This document shows positions 13,632 through 24,440 of a stretch of 64,000 nt of DNA, in pieces. The notes under the pieces were generated by a model. The model saw nothing but the letters and a program-made list of their open reading frames with translations, searched no databases and had not been told where the DNA came from. Each line of letters begins with the position of its first letter. Position 1 is the first letter of the stretch. Source of the stretch: Fistulifera solaris. Its lineage: Eukaryota. The stretch covers positions 310,001 through 374,000 of the forward strand of contig AP026140.1 in NCBI GenBank assembly GCA_030295235.1. Direction: 5' to 3'. A program made the position numbers and the translations under genes.

Positions 13632-15590
13632 TCATGGTAAATTATCTTTAGAGACCAAGAGAGATCGGAAAGCTCGTAAACGGCCTGAAACCAAATCTGA
13701 CAGCAATATCGGTTCAGAAGAGTTCAGTTTCTGAACTTCTTCGCAAGCCGAGCGCCATGTTTCTTTTCGCATCGCCAGTGTCTCTGCAGTTAACGACAGC
13801 AGGTGCTCACGAAGAACCTCAACAGTGCCGTCAGACAAGAGCTCGGCGAATAGGACACGAAAGTACGTTTTCTTTTCTTGGAGCAACTCGCTGGAGTAGA
13901 CATCAATGATTCCACCAGGCCAACAGTAGACCATGATAGGAATCGAGGATTTGGTGAATAAACCGTCATCCCCTAAATAGTGAAGAATTCCAGCAGAGAA
14001 ATAGTCAACACGGTGAGGAGGATTGTCAGTATCAATATCGTGCGGATAAGTAATGGTATGAATCAAATCAGTCTTTTTTCCTTTGTTCTCGGGTATGCGC
14101 GGAATGAGGAACGACGTCCCACCTCGGAGACAGCAAACAATATTGGGTACGGCATCTTCGCCCGACGTCTGGATGGAGCAACCAGCCCCAATGGCCGGGA
14201 AAGACATCAAAAATTGATCGTGAGTCCCTCGGATACCCCATTCAAATTCACCATCAACTAGATTCGTGGTGATAAACAGCACGCTGCCCTCGGCTAAGAT
14301 AGCAACACATGCCAACAGCGAGTCATCTTCTAGAGGTAGCTCGATACGAACAAAACTGTCTGTGCCACCGATCGGGACCCAAGGTCGATTTTTAAACTGA
14401 TGACTCGTGCAAGGCTCCAGTAAGCTCGTCGTTGGATCGATCACTTCCATCCCTGGTCGAGCTAGTAATGAAAACTCGTCCATTTGGACTTGGGTAGCGC
14501 TTTCATCATTTTGCAACAATTCCTGATAAGCCTTGGCTATCGCCGTGATATTCAAAACTTCAATCATGGCTGCTGTCGAAATCATTTCCTCTTGCTGTAT
14601 CGTAGCGATTAAGAATTCATCCGAACCATTTGGAATTTCATTATTTTCGGTAGAGATTTTGTGAGCAGGATGCTGGAGTTGCAGAACCGACCGAATTTCT
14701 GGGGCATTCGAAAAGAATCCGCGCCAGAGAAGCTTTTTCCGGTAGGTTGTTTCACTTTTCTCTGGAGCCTGTGAAGCGGCAATCACTTTTCTCGCCTGCT
14801 TGCGAGCCTCCAGCTTCCAAGCCTCCAATCGACCGGAACGGTAGCCAACAACGATTGCGCCTGTGCTCGTCGTTGTAACACATTGCAAACCAGTTTTCCC
14901 AGTTGCGAAAAAGGAGGTAACAAAACTGCTGTTTGGGTTAGAGTCGTCATTTAAATTGAAAATGTGGACGAAGCCGGCGACGGAAACAGCCACCAGGACG
15001 TCGTTGCCATTGCCAAGTACTGCCGGAGAACCAATACAGATTTGTGCGATTGCTGCTCCATCTCCAAGCGTAGAAGCGGATTCTGCCTCACCCTTTTCAT
15101 CTTGTTGCGTGTTTAATACTAGATCGGGTGTGTGGTTCGTCTGGATTTGAAACGCAGAAACTTCAGGCTCTAAGACAACATCGTGAAGACTTAATCCTTT
15201 GAAACGCTCTTCTCCTTCGCCGTCTTCAACTAAGTGATCGCCCACATCAGCTACATCGCTTCTCAGAACTTTTGTTAGATCCCACAGAAGAATGTGACCT
15301 GACAACGTAGGTGCTATCAAGTATTTTTCGTTCCAGATGATCGGAGGCGCGGACCATACATACGTCGAAGGATTTCGAGCGACCAAGGTAACTAAATGCT
15401 GAGGTGTTTTCGGTTTTTGCTGACACTGCTTCCAACCGTCGGATAATCTGAAAACCGCCGGTGAGCTGTCGATGGCGTCAAAATGCTTTGTTGATGTTTC
15501 GTCGCCTTCGTCGCCGCTCTCTGGACGAGACCTTCGATTTCTCGTGTTGCGATGATTTCTGCCAACATTATCAGGTTGTCCTTCGCACAT
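13632..15590 (-). CDS. Hypothetical WD40/beta-propeller-like protein (652 aa)
   Basis: Long ORF with repeated propeller-like segments (SGHILLWDL, AGFVHIFNL, SGRLEAWKL, GGIIDVYS). Confidence 0.7.
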   Translation of the reverse strand: MCEGQPDNVGRNHRNTRNRRSRPESGDEGDETSTKHFDAIDSSPAVFRLSDGWKQCQQKPKTPQHLVTLVARNPSTYVWSAPPIIWNEKYLIAPTLSGHILLWDLTKVLRSDVADVGDHLVEDGEGEERFKGLSLHDVVLEPEVSAFQIQTNHTPDLVLNTQQDEKGEAESASTLGDGAAIAQICIGSPAVLGNGNDVLVAVSVAGFVHIFNLNDDSNPNSSFVTSFFATGKTGLQCVTTTSTGAIVVGYRSGRLEAWKLEARKQARKVIAASQAPEKSETTYRKKLLWRGFFSNAPEIRSVLQLQHPAHKISTENNEIPNGSDEFLIATIQQEEMISTAAMIEVLNITAIAKAYQELLQNDESATQVQMDEFSLLARPGMEVIDPTTSLLEPCTSHQFKNRPWVPIGGTDSFVRIELPLEDDSLLACVAILAEGSVLFITTNLVDGEFEWGIRGTHDQFLMSFPAIGAGCSIQTSGEDAVPNIVCCLRGGTSFLIPRIPENKGKKTDLIHTITYPHDIDTDNPPHRVDYFSAGILHYLGDDGLFTKSSIPIMVYCWPGGIIDVYSSELLQEKKTYFRVLFAELLSDGTVEVLREHLLSLTAETLAMRKETWRSACEEVQKLNSSEPILLSDLVSGRLRAFRSLLVSKDNLP

Positions 15591-15833
15591 CTTTTTAGTA
15601 ACTGCAAGAATAAAGATCCTGCTTCTCTTGTCGTGGGTTAGAAAGCAGGAATATATGTTATCATCGTGAATATTGATTGATTTGGTTTTGGCTTCATTTG
15701 TTTATTGCGGCGTTTGTACGAAAGTCCGGGTTCGCTTGCTTCACTTTTTTCGTTTTGTTACTAAACTACTACGTGAAGGTTACGGTTTTCGTTCTGTTAT
15801 TGTTTATTCGCGGAATGATGCCGAACCGTGAAC

Positions 15834-16158
15834 TAGACCTCTGTCCGTTCTCAGTTAAACAGGGAATTCCCAACTGGGATCCCAGTTAAATTCCCTTCCC
15901 AGTTCATTTTCCAAGTTCCCTGTTGAACAGGGAATGAGTAGCAAGACGTCTTAACGGTACTCAGAGGCCTTTAACCATCTGTTTACACGGTAAATCAACT
16001 GAAAATCTCTAATCTAAAGCGTTAAGGATTAGGGACTGACTAGCATATTTCGTACACGGGACTTATTATCATGAACAGGGAACGCTCCCAGTTCACTCCT
16101 TGTTCGATCAAAATCCCTGTTCACTCCCCTCCCTGTTGTGGGAACGGACAGAGGTCTA
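15834..16158. mobile_element. Non-autonomous hAT-type MITE (325 bp)
   Basis: Perfect 17-bp TIR TAGACCTCTGTCCGTTC (15834-15850 / 16142-16158). 8-bp TSD CCGTGAAC (15826-15833 / 16159-16166). Several subterminal AACAGGGA motifs in both orientations. No transposase ORF. Confidence 0.92.
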
Positions 16159-16663
16159 CCGTGAACATTAACGGGAAAATGTCAACAAGAAGGTCACTGT
16201 TCATTCACGTTTTAGATAGTTAACACTGTTTTTCCGTATCTTAAGCCCTGAAACGATTTGCGAACCACTGTATAATCTCTACATTATCTTCGATAGCAAA
16301 TTCAGATGCATGTGACTTGTGACTTCAATTTCTACTACACTTTGCTCTATAGATCTAGGTCTTTCACGGTTAAGATTTGACCTCCGGGACTCACAACCTA
16401 CCTTGTACATTTTCTTACATACATCCCGAACAAGAAGGCAATAATAAAACATAAAACTAGCCGATTTCGCCTTTCTCCTTTGTCCATGTCTTCTCGTGAA
16501 TGAAGCACAGTGGCTTCTACTGTACTATAACTGGGGTTCGCGGTCTCGGATACCTTCGCCTAAGCCGACTTGTTCGATCGGTGCAAATTCACCCAACAAA
16601 CATCAAGCAAATAAAACAAGATCTCCCATTTCTTTTACATGCCTCAATAAACTAGCGATTACA

Positions 16664-18202
16664 ATGCAAAGTCCGGTCAAATCAGTCATCAAAATGCGCG
16701 GGCTTCCTAGCTTGCATTTTCCGCTATCACCGAGCTCGCCACAGCGGACGATTTCCGCGCGACGTGCGTTGTCCTCCGTTCGAGCGCCCCCGTTCCCTCG
16801 CGAGAGTTCGTGGGCTCTCAAAACAGGCGCCGCCGCGGCGGGTGCCTGCTGCATTTACGCCATCGATCAATCCTACTCGCAAGAACAAGTGAGTATCACC
16901 CGTACCGAGGGATCCTTCCTACAGCAGCCCAGTTTTTCTCTCGTCCAGGACCTCGCGCAAGAAGCCAAGAAAAGTTTGATCCAGCGATGCCTGACCAAAT
17001 CATGTGTTCCCTCCAGCGATCATCATCTATCGTATAAAGGACTCAATTTCAGCAGCATTTCTCCCCAAAGAGCACACCGAATCATTGCGGCGCTTCATTC
17101 TGGCAAAATACTCGACGGGGAAACCTTGATATCCTTATCCAATGCTGCGGTACAAGCATTCCAGTCCGAACCGACGGTTCTCGATCTACGAAACGCCGGA
17201 GATAACATTACTGTTGTAGGGGATGTACACGGGAGTCTCCCTTGTTTGAAGAAAGTCATGGATTTGGTCGGCAGTTTAGAAGATGGCGGGATCTTGGTCG
17301 TGGCGGGAGATTATGTTGATCGCGGTGAACACAGCCTGGAAGTCTTCTGCACCTTCCTGTTACTGAAACTCGCGTACCCCAACAGTGTTTACTTACTGCG
17401 CGGCAACCATGAAGACAACGAAATCTGCGCCGAGTATGGGTTTCTGGATGAACTGCAAGAAAAGTACGGTTACGAAACAGAAAGTGGGGGCATCTGGAAG
17501 GCTCTTTCGGATGTCTTTGCCGCGCTACCACTCGCCGCCAAAACAGAAACGTCACTGATTCTGCACGGTGGACTACCTTCTGCCGATTTTCAGCTTGCGG
17601 ATCTAGAAGCCATCGATGCCGAAACACGCTTTTCGTTCAAGACACTCACCGAGGCCAGAACCCCGGCGGAGAAACTCATCGAAGGCGTTCTCTGGAGCGA
17701 TCCATCATCTCATGATGGAATTTCACCCAATGAACGCGGATACGGCATTGAATTCGGCTCGGATATAGCAAAAGACTTCCTCGATCGTCACGGACTGAAA
17801 TACTTGATTCGGGCTCATGAACATGTGGAACAAGGATCGCAACTGCTCGACTGTGGCGAAGGCAAAGGAGTTGTTACGGTCTTTTCGACGGCAAACTATC
17901 CGTTTGGCGAAGGAACGAACGCGGGGGCTATCCTCAAACTCGATCAGAAGGGTGACTACGAGTCGATTTCTTTCACGTACTCTGACGCGAATATATTGGA
18001 TGCTTTCCGATACCTCGACACCGATAGCAACGGTATGGTGGCCCGATCTGAATTCCTTGCCGGCGTCGAAAAACTGAATCAAACTTTGCCGGAAGAGAAA
18101 CGTCTCAAGAATGCCGAAGAAGTTTACAACATTTTGGATCAACGAAAACAAGGTCAAGTTGACCTTGATACCTTTACTCAGTTCTTTCAGCGAACCATCT
18201 GA
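16664..18202 (+). CDS. PPP-family Ser/Thr phosphatase with C-terminal EF-hands (PPEF/RdgC-like)
   Basis: GDVHG, GDYVDRG, LRGNHE, HGG, LWSDP and IRAHE motifs. EF-hands DTDSNGMVARSEF and DQRKQGQVDLDTF. Confidence 0.9.
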   Translation: MQSPVKSVIKMRGLPSLHFPLSPSSPQRTISARRALSSVRAPPFPRESSWALKTGAAAAGACCIYAIDQSYSQEQVSITRTEGSFLQQPSFSLVQDLAQEAKKSLIQRCLTKSCVPSSDHHLSYKGLNFSSISPQRAHRIIAALHSGKILDGETLISLSNAAVQAFQSEPTVLDLRNAGDNITVVGDVHGSLPCLKKVMDLVGSLEDGGILVVAGDYVDRGEHSLEVFCTFLLLKLAYPNSVYLLRGNHEDNEICAEYGFLDELQEKYGYETESGGIWKALSDVFAALPLAAKTETSLILHGGLPSADFQLADLEAIDAETRFSFKTLTEARTPAEKLIEGVLWSDPSSHDGISPNERGYGIEFGSDIAKDFLDRHGLKYLIRAHEHVEQGSQLLDCGEGKGVVTVFSTANYPFGEGTNAGAILKLDQKGDYESISFTYSDANILDAFRYLDTDSNGMVARSEFLAGVEKLNQTLPEEKRLKNAEEVYNILDQRKQGQVDLDTFTQFFQRTI

Positions 18203-18281
18203 TGCGAACAACACGCTTTTTTATAATTTTACTTGTATAATAGATAGAGACAACTTGCATAGCACTTGCATATCTACTTAG

Positions 18282-21200
18282 TTAAGAGCCGCTCATATAG
18301 TTTTCGACAAGCGACGACGTGCCGAACTTTCTAACTTCATCCGGAGACAATAGCATAACCTCGACGAACAAAGGCTGCAGATAATTCCATGCCCTGTCAA
18401 ACCCCATAGTCGTTACAAAGGCGCCCATCAAAGCATGGAAAGAGAAAATGAGCACGGATGTATCTTTAGGCCCAACCTTTTTCGTCTTTCCGCAAAGTCG
18501 ACCACCTCTCAAAGCAGTGTAAACAGGATCCCTGTTGCTAAGAGACCGTTTCCGAAATTCTTCCGTCCCGCCAGGGACTAGCCAACCATCATGAAGATCC
18601 CAAGATTCTTGACCTAGTATTTCCGCTCTTCTCGAGTGCCCGAGAAAGTTGTCAGCGACACCATCGTCAAAGAGTGCGTGGTGAAGACCATTTTTAGTGA
18701 AAATGTATGCCAGAGTATCTTCCGAAACCACTATTGAAAAAAGCAGCATGAGGTCACCTGCAGTAATGTCCGGATACCTCTCGTATAAGTAGTTTGTTAC
18801 ACCGAGCTGCAGCGCTCTGCATCCGATGACGTTTAACATCTTTAGCAAAGACCAAGTGTCCTTAAGTTCGGCAAAGCCTGGCAAATCAGGACAACATAGA
18901 TTCTCGTTGTACATTGCGAAGTATTCGACTTCCGCGTTGTACAGAGAGCACAATATATGCGAAAGCGTAGAGTCATCCTCCTTGGCTTTCGATGTGAGTT
19001 GAGTGCCCAGCACCTTGTCAACTACTTCTAGTCCTTTCTTTAGCTTTTCGGAAGCAGCAGATGGTAAATTAGAGAAGTAATCTTTCACGACATTACTGCG
19101 CATCTTTCCCAACGGCGAGGACTCGAACAGTTTCTTTCCAGAAAAAGATATCGTTTCTGCTGACCCTTCCATCGGTAGCTTTGCTTGTTCTAGTAGCGTT
19201 TTGAGTAGTCTGAATTCCTCGTCGCATCTTTGGCTTTGCGAGGAATGTAGCCGCAACGCAGGCTTCAAATACATCTGAGAGAAAACAGTCAGGGAATTCC
19301 ACCGTTTCGCCTCTTTGCGAATGATTGTATGAGTACGCACTCGACCAAGAACAGCGCTTTGACAATATAAGGCGAGGCAGTCCGATTTTTAAAGCCCCGC
19401 GCGCGATTGAACGATTTTTGGTTGAAGTCGAGAGCGAGTCATAAAGGGCAGGGTGGGTCTCGCTCAACCTAAAATGCGACTCAGTCAACGCAAGCGCCAC
19501 AAAGAACGCCAAGACTCGGTCACCTAAGAACTCTAAGCGTTCGAAAGGTGTTGCCGCGTTCACAGTGGATCGAGCCGTCGCAAGATCCAGTAGATCAGTA
19601 AAACGGTGAGAAAACGCATCCACGTCTCGTATACTGTCAGGAGGTGTTGATGTCAATGAATCATACAAGCAGGAATGTATGGCCGACGTAGCAAGACGGC
19701 GTACATCAATCTTCCTTTCCAAAAACGGCATGAAAGAATCTGCGTGGTCCAGAACATAGACCAAGTCACGGGGAAGCGGAAGTAGAAAGCACAATTCAGG
19801 AACAAGATAAACCGGCTCAGGAAGCGTTGATTCCATAGGATTGGCATCAGCGTGCTTGTTTATTCTCGATGCCCTGATCATAGGCACATGCCCGTACTGA
19901 ATCCTTACATCATACCTGCGAAAATTGGAAGAATTGAGCTAACCCGTAGCTGCCAAGGAGTGAAAGTCAAAGTACGTACTTCTTCGAGTAATAATCGGAA
20001 AATGTTGCGGTATCAAGATCAAGGCCGAACCGTGTCTTGAGTTGCTCCATTTTCGCTTTATCCACATGGAACCCAATCAATTTTGAGTTCGATGAAACAG
20101 CTTGACTCGTGGCAATAGCATCTGGCGCATAGAGGTCACCGCAGTGCCGGAGAAATCGGTTGGATATTACACTCTCGCAAAAATTAGATTTTGGCTCCCT
20201 GCATACACCGAGCAACCCCCACATTAAAATGATAAATGCAAGTGCCTTTGACGACCAAGCACCCTGACCGACAAATGCACACCAGCCAAGAAAGAAAACG
20301 GCAATAACGGGAAAACGATTATCTAGCTTGCCCAGGTATGGAACCATCCAGTAGCCGTAATTCGCATCGTAAAGGGGACGGGCTTGTCGGATGCTGACTA
20401 TGTCATTGACGCAGACCCAGTCGATGCAGATTTCAGACGATTTGGAATCGAGAGGAACGAACATATAAGTCCGATCACGTAAATTGCATTCATGCTCAGC
20501 GTACCGAGATTTAGCTAATGCACACATCGCAGAGTCGTACTGCTTTCCAAATCCATATTGCTTCCATTTAGTTAGTAGCTCATTCAATGCAACAAGATCC
20601 TGTAATGAATTGGAAACGTTTTGACCTTCATCGTCATCAAACTGAAGGACTGTTCGGTTAACAAGCTCGACTTGACACGACGCCAACTTTCCATCTTCGA
20701 CCAACGCCTGAAATTGTATCGTGTCGGAGTATGAAGCACAAGCATCACCATCACTCAGTGGATCTTTCGACAGTAAAAGACCAATCCGCGTACATGCCTC
20801 CTTGCTGTGTATCCATGGGATCTTCTCTTCCGCAACCAGTCTTCCCGACCTCGTTTTCACTAAAAGCTCGTACAGAAAATAGGTTGTTTTTCGTTCGAAT
20901 GGAGCAGACGCCCATGACGGTAGCTTGTTGTTGTAATGTGCAGATTGCGGCAAGGCTTGCAGGATGCTTTTTCGATTGCTGTTGGCGTTATGAGGTGAAA
21001 GCCTTTTTATGGCATTAGTATCAAGATGCTTGTGCAATTCTTGAACTGCGGACTGCAAAGCAGCTGATTTCGAAGTAGATGAGGTTCCAGTAACGGTCAA
21101 TGGAATCGGATCTCGCACAAATATTTTGCAATACAAACGTGTCGGCTTTGTCAAATCCCAATCGTCGTATTCATCAAGATCGCTTTCTTGATGGAACGAA

Positions 21201-21928
21201 ATTTCCGGTTTCCGGATGCCCAAATCGTAAATCGTACGCACCCAATCCGGATACTGGTCGTCACATCCTTCTTCTAGACACTGTTCTTCTTTTAATTCAT
21301 CCAAAGGTATCGGCTGCTCGGTAACAAAAAGTGGAACAACTTCATCGTGCAAGCCCAATCGACTAGGATGCAGCCGTAATATTGCCACAAGCGCGCAACT
21401 CGCTTTGGCAGCCTGCTTCTTATCCCAGTAAACACATCCGTCGATTGTTGTGTATTCGGAGGAGAAAAATGTGCGCGTGACTTCCGCCAGTATCGTCGTC
21501 GAATCGGGATTTTGCAAGAGTGCTTGTGGGAGACCTGAGCTCAATTTCATGCCCGAAAGTGGACACTCAAAGTAAAATCGCCACCACATTTTACTTCCCG
21601 ACAAGGATTCGCATCGAAGGTTGTCTCGAACATTCAGTTTCTTTTCTTGGAGTCGCGTTCGTTGCGCTTTGTCATCGTAATACTCCATCAAAAGTGACAC
21701 GGGATTACGCGACGGTTCTTTCTGCAGCCACTCATAGAGTTGCAATACGGCTTCCTCGTCGTTGTTGATTGTTACGGGGCATTCGGTAGCAAGCGAGTCG
21801 AGAGAGGTGTCGTCTTCGTCGACGTTTCGGCTTTCATTTAAACCATCATACCTCGCAAACGAAAACGAAAACGGCAATTTTGAATCACAACACTTTCTCT
21901 GCAAGGGAGACTGTTTAATACCATTCAT
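18282..21928 (-). CDS. DCR: Dicer-like protein (~1190 aa): two dsRBD-like domains, platform, PAZ, RNase IIIa, degenerate RNase IIIb; no helicase
   Basis: Exon 21928-19980, 64-nt intron 19979-19916, exon 19915-18282 with one extra base at 19235-19237. Motifs: NPVSLLMEY..KKQAAKASCA and SKSAALQSA (dsRBD-like), YMFVPL..IDW (platform), TFSDYYSKKYDVRI and VYLVPELC (PAZ), FERLEFLGDRVL..LSDVFEACVAA (RNase IIIa), LKMLNVIGCRALQL..YLYERYP..GDL..FHALMGA (RNase IIIb fold). Confidence 0.88.
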
Positions 21929-22099
21929 TTGTTGTGATTATAGCAAGCAAGGTGCAGATAAGAGATACCTAACATGAAATGGCCGATCTGTCGCGTCTCG
22001 GTTCTTGCTTTAATTATTATATTCGCGTCGCGCGTCTCGATGAAAGATTTTGGATTCATTCATGACTGATAATCAGTCGTGGTTTCGTGGAACCAACAC

Positions 22100-22134
22100 T
22101 TTGATCTATAGTAAAAATTGATCTATAGTAAAAA
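22100..22134. repeat. 17-bp direct tandem duplication
   Basis: TTGATCTATAGTAAAAA occurs twice back to back upstream of the Dicer-like gene. Confidence 0.85.
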
Positions 22135-22459
22135 TACAACGTTATTGATACGCAAGCACGAACTGCGCACTGAGATTCTTATGATTTACACTAGCTGAAT
22201 GGTCATTGGAAATTAAACAGAAGCTAGAGCCAAAGGACAAAATGCGTCCGCATAAAGTCTTGTTTCGGTTTAGAGGAGGTGTCGTGATGAATAGGCCGCC
22301 TCCACGTTGGGTCTAACTTATAGTATCTAGGGAAGTCTACGATCGGCAAACTATTTCTACAAAAAGATTCATCGATAAGTGCATCTGCCGAAGCAATCGC
22401 ATATCGCATCGCAATGATAAGGATATTCTTAACTGAACGCTTATAGGTTATGGCCTGTA

Positions 22460-22800
22460 CCGCACTCTGGCTAGGAGCTAGAAGCTAGGAGCCGTGATTG
22501 GTGGTTGCGCATTGGGCTGTTTTTTTTATTACGCATTGAAAATTGAAAGACGACAAGGAGAAAGGAGAAAGGAGAAAGGAGAAGGAGATAGTCTAGAGAT
22601 AGGTCTTAATACATTCTTGGACCATGCTTGACCATTGATGCGGAAACCGGAAGCCAGACGCCAGACTCCAAACATGGCACTAGATTATTCAGTCTTTACT
22701 GTAAGGTTAGAGCACCTAGATCCTAGAGGAAGGACGAAGGACGTAGAACGTAGAACTAGAGGTAGAACATTGAAATAGAACATAGAATACGCCAGATGAA
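22460..22800. repeat. Intergenic tract of mixed 7-bp tandem duplications
   Basis: ATTGAAA x2 (22535), AGGAGAA x4 (22556), GCCAGAC x2 (22653), CGTAGAA x2 (22742), plus degenerate GCTAGGA/GCTAGAA units. Confidence 0.8.
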
Positions 22801-23008
22801 CTCGTGACTGTTTTGTATTAGCTTTTACTTAAGCCTTTTCTCGTCGGAGTCCTGAGCGTCCGAAACAAAGAGCGTTTCTCGCGTTGCCGCACGCTTCACA
22901 TTTTTTCGCAAACAATCTTCGTCCCGTTTGTTATCAAACCATCAAACTAACACTTCACCAAACAATTGATCGTTTTGAGACTGCAAACGCCACTTTCTCT
23001 ATCGCATC

Positions 23009-23794
23009 ATGAAAGTTCTTTTGATCATCTGGAGCTCTGTCACGATCCTTGCAGCTACTGCACATGCGGAGTTGAGCCTGGAGAACACCAGTCTTTTCAG
23101 CGGTCCGAGTCTGACTTCCGAACGTTGGCTTCAAGGTTGTAGCTGGTTCGGACGAAACGATGACGAAGACAAAGAGGACGAAGAGCCGCGATGTTCCAGT
23201 CCGGCCTCTTGCAATGCGCAGCATGCGTTCATTGCGTCCGTTCTTACGTATAATGATCAGCCCTGCGAATGCAACCTGTGCGGCGATGTCCTGACACTTC
23301 AATGTAATTACTGCACTGCGTGCGGCGCATTTCCCGGTAAAGACTCCTGTATTGAAGCTCGGACGACATTCGAGCTCACTGATTTGAAGAATGGTAACTA
23401 CACGTTCGTGAGCATTACAAACAGCGTCAAGTCGAGTGGTAAGGACAGTGCCTCCAATCATGTCGTGGCAGAGATCACCTTTGCGGAGAACACATTCAAT
23501 TGGACGCTTCTCAATGAAAATACCACGCTGTTGGGCAGCGACGACGACGTGACCCTTTCCCTAAATGGAGTAAACTGTCAGAGCATCTCGCTGGAACAAG
23601 ATGAGTGCGCCGTCTTCGATTGTCGAAACATTGACCCTGACTATTACTGGACTTGCAACGATGGCGACGAACTTATCAACGACACTGCCAATCCCTTGCA
23701 TGGGTTCATCACAGTTTCCGTGTACTGTCCTAAGGATGACCGTCGATTGGAACCGGCATCGAGCGAAATCCATTTGCCACCGCCTTTCTTTTAG
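23009..23794 (+). CDS. Secreted Cys-rich acidic protein; paralog of the C-terminal domain of 29936..31647
   Basis: Signal peptide MKVLLIIWSSVTILAATAHA. Shares CNLCGD, TD.KNG.Y, SG.DSASN, DCRNI...YW.CND, LHGF and YCP with the later gene. Confidence 0.85.
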   Translation: MKVLLIIWSSVTILAATAHAELSLENTSLFSGPSLTSERWLQGCSWFGRNDDEDKEDEEPRCSSPASCNAQHAFIASVLTYNDQPCECNLCGDVLTLQCNYCTACGAFPGKDSCIEARTTFELTDLKNGNYTFVSITNSVKSSGKDSASNHVVAEITFAENTFNWTLLNENTTLLGSDDDVTLSLNGVNCQSISLEQDECAVFDCRNIDPDYYWTCNDGDELINDTANPLHGFITVSVYCPKDDRRLEPASSEIHLPPPFF

Positions 23795-24440
23795 TTTTAC
23801 CCCAACATTATTCATATTACTTTAAAAATTGCATATTATGACAAGGATGAAATGTAAGGGATTTGTGAGTTGATTTAGTTATTGAAAGCATTGAATGATA
23901 CATTCGTTGTTTCGCTATCAATCTAGGCATTGAAATTTACAATAGCTCCAAATGTACTTCGTTTTTCCACGACTCGATTCCAGTCATGAAACATCAATCA
24001 TCCTTTCAAATACTTACATCATTGAAAGTTCCCCCCGTTGTCGTTCTTTTTTTTAGGAAATAGCCATTTGTTGCTCTTGAGATTGCTTTCGAAGGCGTTT
24101 TTGCAACAAAGACTGTAATTGAAGGGCAAGAAAAAAGCGCGACCGCTAGCAATAGTTCGTGACTCAAGTTTTGTTGCAGTCCTGAGTACCTTTTCGAAAA
24201 GAAACGGTCAAAAAGGGTTCGTCATTGACGATGGCCGTGACGCTCAAAAGAACGATTTATTATTATTTCGCACAAGTCGTGCTTTTTTCCTCCCTCAGAG
24301 CCTACCACAATCATCAATAGACACGAGAAAGTCGGGTAAATGCGTCAAACTAATACATCAAAGCCGTGAGAATGAAGAAGACTGGCGAAAAGCACCCCGA
24401 TCGTTTTCCGAAACGACCATCATCGTCATTTCCAACACGA

